This document shows, piece by piece, positions 57,353 to 64,000 of a DNA stretch of 64,000 nt. Origin of the DNA: Escherichia coli. Its GTDB lineage: Bacteria; Pseudomonadota; Gammaproteobacteria; Enterobacterales; Enterobacteriaceae. A model generated the notes under the pieces. That model was not told the DNA's origin. It did no database searches and saw only the letters and a program-made list of their open reading frames with translations. How positions within the stretch are numbered: position 1 is the first letter of the stretch; each line of letters starts with the position of its first letter. The DNA lies in the NCBI GenBank assembly GCA_902500125.1, contig GCA_902500125.1_4132.1, one strand, 5' to 3'. A program made the position numbers and the translations under genes.

Positions 57353-57563
57353 TGAATATCATAAGATTGTAATGAAAACTAATAGTGAAATTTCTAAAAA
57401 ATCAAACCCAAAGTACATACTGGAACACACATTCGAAGAACGTCAATTAGCTCTAGTTGAAGCAAAACTTCTTGCACTCCTAGGGACTAACTATCAAGAA
57501 GAATACATCAGAAAACTAATATACCTTTTAACTAAACATATAAGAAAAAGAAAAAATGCATGA
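57321..57563 (+). CDS. family B small protein (80 aa)
   Basis: AAGGA SD; LLGTNYQEEYIRKLI. Confidence 0.65.
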   Translation: MLKNLKILTVNEYHKIVMKTNSEISKKSNPKYILEHTFEERQLALVEAKLLALLGTNYQEEYIRKLIYLLTKHIRKRKNA

Positions 57564-57790
57564 AACACTTGACAGATGATGAACATGGGCTTATAGTAAT
57601 GGATGTAATCAACATCGAATACAAAAAGTTGATACGCTACCGTTGTTATGAAGATAAGCAACTCGTTCTAGCAGAACAGAAGTTGTTTCGACTCTTAAAC
57701 ACAAACTTCCAAGCACAATACGAAGAATCGTATATGTACCTTTTGGCGAGGAAAGCAAAAAGAGATTATGAAAATTTTAAGCAAAGGTGA
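57560..57790 (+). CDS. family B small protein (76 aa)
   Basis: ATGA overlap; LLNTNFQAQYEESYM. Confidence 0.65.
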   Translation: MKHLTDDEHGLIVMDVINIEYKKLIRYRCYEDKQLVLAEQKLFRLLNTNFQAQYEESYMYLLARKAKRDYENFKQR

Positions 57791-57983
57791 TTCAGTAATA
57801 TTACTTATAGAGAGTTCAAGTAAATTCTTAAACATAACACTGTCTGATATAGATGAAGATGACAAAGAAGTACTGAGAGCAGATTTAAGAGTACTGTTAC
57901 ATATCGGAACAAACCTACAAGAAGAATATGTAGAGTGCTACATCAATGAACTTAAAGAATTAGTACTGAGAAAATGCAAATGA
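57768..57983 (+). CDS. family B small protein (71 aa)
   Basis: HIGTNLQEEYVECYI. Confidence 0.6.
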   Translation: MKILSKGDSVILLIESSSKFLNITLSDIDEDDKEVLRADLRVLLHIGTNLQEEYVECYINELKELVLRKCK

Positions 57984-58201
57984 AAATCATTACCGATGCA
58001 GAATACCTAACAATCATAAATGGACTGTTTTTGAAGCTCTTCGTCATTAACACATCAGATATACCAGATATGGATAAAATTATTAAGAGAAATGAAGTCT
58101 ATGTTCTAGCTACCCTTGGAACGAACTATCAAGAACACGACATTAAAGATTATATTAATACACTTAAACGAGCGATTGAACTAAAATGCCAAAACCACTA
58201 G
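57974..58201 (+). CDS. family B small protein (75 aa)
   Basis: ATGCAAATGA junction; TLGTNYQEHDIKDYI. Confidence 0.6.
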   Translation: MQMKIITDAEYLTIINGLFLKLFVINTSDIPDMDKIIKRNEVYVLATLGTNYQEHDIKDYINTLKRAIELKCQNH

Positions 58202-58401
58202 GAACAGCAGAATACATTGAACTAATGGGATTACACTTCTCATCCTTTCAGAAACTTATGCGAGAATCAAAGAATGATTTAGAATATACCATCAGAGGTT
58301 CCGATTTAAGAATGCTTCTCACCCTAGACACAGATTCCCAAGAGCGATTTGTCAATGAGCATATTAGAGCACTTTTAATGGAAATTCAAAGTAAACTATG
58401 A
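58186..58401 (+). CDS. family B small protein (71 aa)
   Basis: TLDTDSQERFVNEHI. Confidence 0.6.
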   Translation: MPKPLGTAEYIELMGLHFSSFQKLMRESKNDLEYTIRGSDLRMLLTLDTDSQERFVNEHIRALLMEIQSKL

Positions 58402-58613
58402 AGGTAATATCAAATCAAGAGTACTTGGCACTATTCAGGAAGAATAATCACAAATATATGGCACTTGATTCAAGAACTGATATAAGTGAACTTGAAAAAA
58501 ATCTTTTGCGTTCAGATATGATAGTACTGACACTCTTAGGAACACAGCATCAAGAGAGAACTGTTAATTCACACATAGGGATTCTAATGCAGATAGTACA
58601 GGAAAAGATATGA
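58398..58613 (+). CDS. family B small protein (71 aa)
   Basis: ATGA overlap; LLGTQHQERTVNSHI. Confidence 0.65.
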   Translation: MKVISNQEYLALFRKNNHKYMALDSRTDISELEKNLLRSDMIVLTLLGTQHQERTVNSHIGILMQIVQEKI

Positions 58614-58831
58614 GAATCATAACACAACAAGATATTCTTAAGTTCACAAGGGTTCATGCATCTGAATTTGATGCTATATTATCAAAAAGTTACAACAACC
58701 CTTATACAGAAGATGTACACTACAATGAATTATGGGTGTATATACTTTTAGGTACAGATCATCAAGAGCAAGCAGTACAGAAGTATTTGTTAGCTTTACG
58801 TGATGCTACTGCTAATGGAGTACGTGTTTAA
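58610..58831 (+). CDS. family B small protein (73 aa)
   Basis: ATGA overlap; LLGTDHQEQAVQKYL. Confidence 0.65.
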   Translation: MRIITQQDILKFTRVHASEFDAILSKSYNNPYTEDVHYNELWVYILLGTDHQEQAVQKYLLALRDATANGVRV

Positions 58832-58832
58832 T

Positions 58833-59075
58833 ATGAAAGTACTGACAGAACTAGAAATGTATCATAGATTTAATAAGTACTATCATTTACTTAAGCCTAT
58901 ACAGAGGATTAAATGTCCATTTGAAGAGAAACAGGTATTAATTTATGAGCATAAGTTATTTGTATCATTAGGTACAGATCAACAAGAGTACTATTTGACG
59001 TTGTACTTGATTACATTAATAGATTTAATTTACTATAAAACCAAACAAGCTAATAAAGAGAAATATGAAAACTAA
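58833..59075 (+). CDS. family B small protein (80 aa)
   Basis: ORF 58800 trimmed to ATG 58833, 1 nt after previous stop; SLGTDQQEYYLTLYL. Confidence 0.6.
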   Translation: MKVLTELEMYHRFNKYYHLLKPIQRIKCPFEEKQVLIYEHKLFVSLGTDQQEYYLTLYLITLIDLIYYKTKQANKEKYEN

Positions 59076-59409
59076 TATACAACTCAAGGTATATAAATCA
59101 TTTGAACATACATATATCAAAAGTAGTCTATGTAGAGATGTAATGGATTACAAGGGTAAGCCATTCACAATTACTTATGATTCTTATGTTGATGATTTAT
59201 ATATATCATTTGTTAATTACGAAAATAAAATATACAAGCACGTTGATATTAAAGATTTAAGTACTTTATCACCAGAGGAATACTTCCAGGAATCATTAGT
59301 ATGGGATTTAGAGTTCCCTATGCCATTAGTACATAAGATGATAGTACTAATGAAAGAATCTAAACAGGAGCCTAATAGTGCTTATGAAGAACACATTATT
59401 GAGTATTAA
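59065..59409 (+). CDS. family C protein, short form (114 aa)
   Basis: Motif LSPEEYFQESLVWDLEFPMPLVHKM. Confidence 0.65.
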   Translation: MKTNIQLKVYKSFEHTYIKSSLCRDVMDYKGKPFTITYDSYVDDLYISFVNYENKIYKHVDIKDLSTLSPEEYFQESLVWDLEFPMPLVHKMIVLMKESKQEPNSAYEEHIIEY

Positions 59410-59779
59410 GAGTACTGATAATATTAAGAGTTATACAAGCTCAAGTACTGTGACAATCGAAGTGAATTCTATTAATGCTGGTAATGCAGTAGATAAGTTC
59501 TTTATTGCTCAAGGGTACAGGAAAGATATTCATCAATATTGTTCAGTATATGGGGAGTACAATAGTACTGAAGATATAATTTATTGGTCAACACATCAAG
59601 ATTATCTAACTAAAATTGGAGTCCCAGATGTTAGTACTTTATCTGAAGAAGAATACTTTCAGTACAGCTTAATATGTGATGTACCTATACCTTTAGGGTT
59701 AATCAAGGGTATACAGGAAGAGGTTCATAAGCTTAAATCCATGAGTAAAGGTACTTTCATTAGAACAGTGCAATACTAG
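59378..59779 (+). CDS. family C protein (133 aa)
   Basis: GTG 59378 is 9 nt after AGGAG (alternative ATG 59384); LSEEEYFQYSLICDVPIPLGLIKG. Confidence 0.6.
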   Translation: MLMKNTLLSIKSTDNIKSYTSSSTVTIEVNSINAGNAVDKFFIAQGYRKDIHQYCSVYGEYNSTEDIIYWSTHQDYLTKIGVPDVSTLSEEEYFQYSLICDVPIPLGLIKGIQEEVHKLKSMSKGTFIRTVQY

Positions 59780-59780
59780 C

Positions 59781-59809
59781 TTGACAGTACTTTTCATTAC
59801 TGATATAGT
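59781..59809 (+). promoter_or_regulatory. sigma70-like promoter
   Basis: TTGACA 59781, 17 nt, TATAGT 59804. Confidence 0.5.
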
Positions 59810-59838
59810 ACACTAACGTTAATCATAGGGTAAAAATT

Positions 59839-60084
59839 ATGTTAAATTTTTTAAATTTCCTTATCGTTTTGTGTATTGTTCTTGGGATTGCACCATTTGT
59901 ATTGTATTTCATGGATTCAGATGAAATGCAGAAGATGAATTGTACAAGGACAGGACAGAGTAGAGAAGAGACGATTCTTATGCCTGTTACGGTTATTGTT
60001 AACAACATGCCCATTACAAACATGGTCCCTACCCTAACGACAACGTACCAGTACTCTTGTGCTGACGGAGAGAGGTGGAGATGA
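59839..60084 (+). CDS. membrane protein (81 aa)
   Basis: ORF track; N-terminal TM MLNFLNFLIVLCIVLGIAPFVLYF. Confidence 0.6.
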   Translation: MLNFLNFLIVLCIVLGIAPFVLYFMDSDEMQKMNCTRTGQSREETILMPVTVIVNNMPITNMVPTLTTTYQYSCADGERWR

Positions 60085-60401
60085 AATTTAATATAGCAAA
60101 AACATCGAGTATATGTATTTTTGGTTATGCAGAAGAGTTAGGTGATATTGACATTCTTTTGTACAAAAAGGATGGTGTTATGCATTTCAAGTACCAGGAT
60201 GAAGAGGCAGACAATTATCTTTTACCTAATTTAGTACAAATGCAGGAAGAGGAATTATTCCAGTACAGCTTAGTATACGACATTGATATTTGCACGATGC
60301 CAGTACTAATTAGTATTCAAAAAGTGATGCTCGATATGTATGATAAGCTAATACAAGGTACATCAGGGAGAATCATTGAAATCGATATACAAGACAATTA
60401 A
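60075..60401 (+). CDS. family C protein, short form (108 aa)
   Basis: GGTGGAG SD; QEEELFQYSLVYDIDICTMPVLISIQK. Confidence 0.65.
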   Translation: MEMKFNIAKTSSICIFGYAEELGDIDILLYKKDGVMHFKYQDEEADNYLLPNLVQMQEEELFQYSLVYDIDICTMPVLISIQKVMLDMYDKLIQGTSGRIIEIDIQDN

Positions 60402-60594
60402 TCAAGAATGGAAGACCCAAAAGTACAGGGAATTCAACAGGAATTTTACAAAAGATGCATTGAATTTAAAAACAACAGAGTTTGATATGTTTATTTTTCT
60501 TGGAACACGTTCACAAGAACAATTTGTTCATTATTATATAAATTCGTTGCGAACGGAGATAGTATGCAAAACACAGGGTATTATAAAAAGGTAA
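60376..60594 (+). CDS. family B-like small protein (72 aa)
   Basis: TTG start 5 nt after GGGAG (no in-frame ATG until codon 46); FLGTRSQEQFVHYYINSL. Confidence 0.5.
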   Translation: MKSIYKTINQEWKTQKYREFNRNFTKDALNLKTTEFDMFIFLGTRSQEQFVHYYINSLRTEIVCKTQGIIKR

Positions 60595-60830
60595 ACCAAT
60601 ATTTGTACGCTACAAAGTACAGGGATTTTTGTTTAAAGGGTGGTGATGAAGATTTTTCTTTGCGATTATCAGAATTTAATCTGTTATTTTATCTTGGTAC
60701 AAAAGAACAAGAAGAAATGGCACAGAAATTTATCAAGCACCTTTTACAAAAAATTAATATGCAAATTTTGATGCTTAAGTTACAGAATGAGATAAATGAA
60801 TATGAATCCAGAAATAGTACAGGATCTTAA
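60564..60830 (+). CDS. family B-like small protein (88 aa)
   Basis: GGAGAT SD; YLGTKEQEEMAQKFIKHL. Confidence 0.6.
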   Translation: MQNTGYYKKVNQYLYATKYRDFCLKGGDEDFSLRLSEFNLLFYLGTKEQEEMAQKFIKHLLQKINMQILMLKLQNEINEYESRNSTGS

Positions 60831-61188
60831 ACAAGTAATATTCCTTTTGAATACCAGAAGTGAATTGTATACAGAGTTAAAAGAGATTAATGCATTTTAT
60901 CAGAATTTTGTAATCCAAGAGTTCAGTGATTTAATTACAGATGCATTATTTGAATTCTCGGAGAAATACAAAGGAACAGAGTTCAGTGTTAAGAATGTTA
61001 TTCGTCCAAGTACAAGGAAAATTATATTATCACATTTTACATTTGACAATAAAGATTTATTCAGTCATAATCCAAGTACAGCTTTATATTTTATTCCTGA
61101 TTCAGACAAAAATCATCCTATTCATTACGGATGGATTTTGTCATATATAGTACAAGGAAAGGAGTATCCTATTAAATGGAAAGATTAG
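60796..61188 (+). CDS. hypothetical protein (130 aa)
   Basis: ORF track. Confidence 0.6.
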   Translation: MNMNPEIVQDLKQVIFLLNTRSELYTELKEINAFYQNFVIQEFSDLITDALFEFSEKYKGTEFSVKNVIRPSTRKIILSHFTFDNKDLFSHNPSTALYFIPDSDKNHPIHYGWILSYIVQGKEYPIKWKD

Positions 61189-61337
61189 GGCGATTAGATT
61201 ATTACACAATTAATACAAATTATTTGTTGAGTAATATAAAATCCGATTACAAAATATGGATAAAGAACAGAGATAGCATGTGTTATGAATTTTATTTAGA
61301 TTATGCTATCAAACGATTTTTAAGAGAAGAACATTAA
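61176..61337 (+). CDS. small protein (53 aa)
   Basis: Not in ORF track; ATG 61176 after GGAG; ends TAATG into next gene; fills gap. Confidence 0.4.
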   Translation: MERLGRLDYYTINTNYLLSNIKSDYKIWIKNRDSMCYEFYLDYAIKRFLREEH

Positions 61338-61540
61338 TGCAAAAGATTAATACGATAACATTAAATGCATTACAGGATTCATTATTAGATAGTATTAAGA
61401 TGTATTACAATATACATTTGAAGGGTGGTATTGATAATTACGATTATTATTTGAGTTTAATTACATTTGAGCACCTTTCAGTACAGGACAGGATTATACA
61501 TCCTACAAATCCTAGGTATCCATCGATAGGTAAATTATGA
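61337..61540 (+). CDS. hypothetical protein (67 aa)
   Basis: ORF track; TAATG junction. Confidence 0.55.
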   Translation: MQKINTITLNALQDSLLDSIKMYYNIHLKGGIDNYDYYLSLITFEHLSVQDRIIHPTNPRYPSIGKL

Positions 61541-62085
61541 ATGAGATAGATTTATTAGCACACAAGATAAGTACAATAATGCTTATCCTCAATAACAACC
61601 ATCCTATATCGCAGATAGATGGAATCCTGAGTCAGAGGACAGGTGGTAGTTTATATTTGTCCATAAACGCAGATATCGCAAGGAAATACATTGATATTGA
61701 TGTTGAAATCGAATATGATACAACGGGGATTGTTGATGTAGGAGCATTAATCAGTTCAAATCCAGTATCAGCATCCCCATTGACCAAAGATGTTAGTACA
61801 GGATTCGAAGGATATTTGTGGTACAATACCAATGATGATTATTTTATATATCAGCATTCCAATACAAATTATGATGAAGACAAATTTCAGTTCATAGACC
61901 CTTATGATGAAGCTGAAGTATTTCAAAAATCATTAATCACAAAACCGCATGAGATGATGTATCTAATGTTATTCAGTACAATGCATTTGAATCCATTAAT
62001 TAAAGGTTTAAAATTTTATATTCAATTAAATTTAGTCCATGTAGTTTATGATTTATTAATGCAAGGATATAGTTATGAAGTATAA
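61537..62085 (+). CDS. family C protein, long form (182 aa)
   Basis: ATGA overlap; DEAEVFQKSLITKPHEMMYLMLFSTMHLNPL. Confidence 0.65.
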   Translation: MNEIDLLAHKISTIMLILNNNHPISQIDGILSQRTGGSLYLSINADIARKYIDIDVEIEYDTTGIVDVGALISSNPVSASPLTKDVSTGFEGYLWYNTNDDYFIYQHSNTNYDEDKFQFIDPYDEAEVFQKSLITKPHEMMYLMLFSTMHLNPLIKGLKFYIQLNLVHVVYDLLMQGYSYEV

Positions 62086-62386
62086 AATGATGTATACCCC
62101 AGATATGATTTATGTTGAATTAGAAGATGATGACGATGGGTGGAATTTGATTTATTCAAGAAGTTCAGGTTGGTACATGGCACATTTAAATGATTCGATA
62201 GTTACAGATTATTTTGTAGATTTCAATACATTATCCGATGAAGAATTGTTCCAACAGCAATTAGTGATTGACACGGGTGGTTATGATGTCTTATTATTAA
62301 AAAAGATACAAAAAGCTGTTATTGATTTTAAGCCCATGATATGGCAAAGGAAATATTATGACCTCGAAGTACCATACCAGCAATGA
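62075..62386 (+). CDS. family C protein, short form (103 aa)
   Basis: AAGGA SD; LSDEELFQQQLVIDTGGYDVLLLKKIQK. Confidence 0.65.
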   Translation: MKYKMMYTPDMIYVELEDDDDGWNLIYSRSSGWYMAHLNDSIVTDYFVDFNTLSDEELFQQQLVIDTGGYDVLLLKKIQKAVIDFKPMIWQRKYYDLEVPYQQ

Positions 62387-62924
62387 AATTCAGTACACCT
62401 ACGCTAATGCAATCCTTATGGGACAAAAGTTAGCTTGTATTGTTGCAGCCTTATATAATGCCCAGAAATATCACAAGCGTCATTTCCACAAATGTATTGG
62501 TATTATTCCATCGAAGTACAATACATATATTGCGTGCACGAGTCATTTTGATAAACGATTCAATACACCTGATACCCCAAATGCCAGTAGTGTTATTGGT
62601 CTTTTGGATTTCGCACCTGGTGCTGTTATTGGAAAGAATGATTTAGAGTACACATGGTATAATAAAAATGCCCCGTTAGTAATGGGAAAATATGATACAG
62701 AAACGAATAAAACAATAGAGTACAATACATATAAATCAGAGGAAGAATTTTTCCAAGGTTCATTGCTTGTACCAGTGCGTTTGTTGTTTTATAATGTCCT
62801 TATTAGTACAGTACACAATAGTCCATTACACAAGAATCACAAAATTAATTTCAATTTTTGTGCTTATGCGATTGATGGTGTGTATGAGTGTTTAATGGAG
62901 GTATTGAGTTATGAAGCTGAATAA
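62358..62924 (+). CDS. family C protein, long form (188 aa)
   Basis: AAGGA SD; SEEEFFQGSLLVPVRLLFYNVLISTVHNSPL. Confidence 0.65.
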   Translation: MTSKYHTSNEIQYTYANAILMGQKLACIVAALYNAQKYHKRHFHKCIGIIPSKYNTYIACTSHFDKRFNTPDTPNASSVIGLLDFAPGAVIGKNDLEYTWYNKNAPLVMGKYDTETNKTIEYNTYKSEEEFFQGSLLVPVRLLFYNVLISTVHNSPLHKNHKINFNFCAYAIDGVYECLMEVLSYEAE

Positions 62925-63252
62925 TACATTTGATATTAATAAGTTAAGAGAATGGTTTTATAGTATTGAAATTGAAGCCATCCCGTATCATAGATATGAA
63001 CAATATAATTTAACCAGTATTGATATCCGTGAGTTGTACGCGTATTATCAAAGTGCATTAGAGATGCATAAGTTATTTTTGAGTACAGATTTTGTTATAA
63101 ATTACAATTTTGAGGAATTTAATAATTATAATTTAGTACAGAAATATGTAGTAGCAAAGTACATGTACCTTCAAGGAATTACAAGTAATTTGGAATTCAA
63201 TACAGTCCTGGCTTTAGTTGAGGTAATTTTATGCAGTACATGTATGATTTAG
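62911..63252 (+). CDS. hypothetical protein (113 aa)
   Basis: GGAGG SD. Confidence 0.6.
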   Translation: MKLNNTFDINKLREWFYSIEIEAIPYHRYEQYNLTSIDIRELYAYYQSALEMHKLFLSTDFVINYNFEEFNNYNLVQKYVVAKYMYLQGITSNLEFNTVLALVEVILCSTCMI

Positions 63253-63737
63253 AGTTTAGTTTAGATGCTGCCTTTAAATTTGTTCACAAGATAGAAACAA
63301 TATACAGTACATTATGTGCAATACAATCAGTATCATCTGAGTTTGATGTTGGTGAAAAATATCAGGTATGGAATAATACATTTCTAAACAAAGAACGTTG
63401 CTCTACGGGGTTTAATATTTTAACATTTAATCCCAGCAATTGTTACCCAGAGAAGCATGAACGTTATCCGAATGACGACATGTGGTTTGATTACACAAAA
63501 GATGGTGATATGTCATCCCTTGTAGTTCCTGATGATTTTAATGCCGAAGATTTAACGAAAGAGTGGTGGTTTCAACAGAATTTAGTACACGATGATATTG
63601 ATTTATTTTTTTATGTAGTATTTAAAATGCTTTACCACAACAATATATTAAAAGATAGTGTGTTTTTTTCATGTCTATATATTGATGATTTGTACAATGA
63701 AATCCAAATCAACATGCCCAGAACGCCTGTATCGTAA
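63231..63737 (+). CDS. family C protein, long form (168 aa)
   Basis: GAGG SD; LTKEWWFQQNLVHDDIDLFFYVVFKMLYHNNIL. Confidence 0.65.
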   Translation: MQYMYDLEFSLDAAFKFVHKIETIYSTLCAIQSVSSEFDVGEKYQVWNNTFLNKERCSTGFNILTFNPSNCYPEKHERYPNDDMWFDYTKDGDMSSLVVPDDFNAEDLTKEWWFQQNLVHDDIDLFFYVVFKMLYHNNILKDSVFFSCLYIDDLYNEIQINMPRTPVS

Positions 63738-63762
63738 GATATGGGCTTTTTTCGTTTTGGTA

Positions 63763-63791
63763 TTGACAAAGAAGTGCAAAGCTGTTATCAT
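63763..63791 (+). promoter_or_regulatory. sigma70-like promoter
   Basis: TTGACA 63763, 17 nt, TATCAT 63786; preceded by GGGC + T6. Confidence 0.5.
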
Positions 63792-63819
63792 GTGTAATCA
63801 TTTTAAAGGAGAACATATA

Positions 63820-64000
63820 GTGAGTTTCATAATCCCAAGTACATACGAAGATGCATCAAGTGCAGTGTATAAGGTTCATTATATTTTTAATTTAATTATT
63901 AGTGCATCAAAAAATAAAATGTATGCACCTCTTGTGAAATATGATAAAAATGAGGAAATTTTTGTTAGCACAGAACAAACGATTTTTCCATATTTCAAAG
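63820..64000 (+). CDS. hypothetical protein, N-terminal fragment (runs off window)
   Basis: GTG 63820 is 7 nt after AAGGAG; frame open to the window end. Confidence 0.5.
   Translation, partial: MSFIIPSTYEDASSAVYKVHYIFNLIISASKNKMYAPLVKYDKNEEIFVSTEQTIFPYFK

Noticed and set aside
53188-59075. The ATGA-coupled gene pairs could be toxin-antitoxin modules.
   Set aside because: All coupled neighbours belong to the same family rather than to two complementary families, and about 27 of them occur in one operon. The layout does not fit a TA architecture.
59250-62780. The family C motif E-E-(Y/L/F)-F-Q-(G/S/E) resembles TEV/3C protease cleavage sites (ENLYFQ|S, LEVLFQ|GP).
   Set aside because: No 3C-like or NIa-like protease is visible in the window, and the residue after Q is not consistently G/S. 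The motif sits in a conserved, probably structural segment. I treat the resemblance as a coincidence unless a Q-specific protease is found elsewhere in the genome.

Overview
This is an AT-rich, very gene-dense window with no rRNA, tRNA, CRISPR, integrase or transposase. It reads like part of a large virulent phage genome, possibly jumbo-myovirus type. The host is probably enterobacterial, inferred from strong enrichment of the Chi octamer GCTGGTGG. Lineage-specific paralog expansions and repeated regulatory cassettes dominate, and most products have no recognisable function. I see five blocks. (1) 1-18.1 kb, + strand: about 45 small genes. They include an HNH/NUMOD4 homing endonuclease, a P-loop AAA-type ATPase, two mini kinase-like proteins, a 10-member multi-TM family and small signal-peptide proteins with a conserved Cys pair. 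(2) 18.1-27.8 kb, - strand: nine paralogs that all start MLPFxRMxKYGN. Most are RCC1-like beta-propeller repeat proteins, one is Gly-rich and two are frame-disrupted. Most sit behind a repeated terminator / late-type promoter / SD cassette. (3) 27.9-32.1 kb, + strand: a tandem array of 18 paralogs of about 61 aa (family A). (4) 32.1-34.1 kb is a non-coding hub with an iteron-like octamer array, tandem repeats and promoters on both strands. It is followed by 34.1-52.9 kb of visibly GC-richer small genes, most driven by a promoter plus stem-loop cassette (PeSL-like). This stretch also holds 11 copies of a promoter-plus-conserved-core element, a TraR/DksA zinc finger, a GNAT and a third kinase-like gene. 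(5) 53.2-64 kb, + strand: a tandem array of about 29 paralogs of about 70 aa (family B, LGTNYQE motif), then family C (EEYFQxSL motif). The palindrome AGTACT is heavily over-represented across most of the window but is absent from a 4.9-kb island. All coordinates and counts were derived by eye, without any search or computation.
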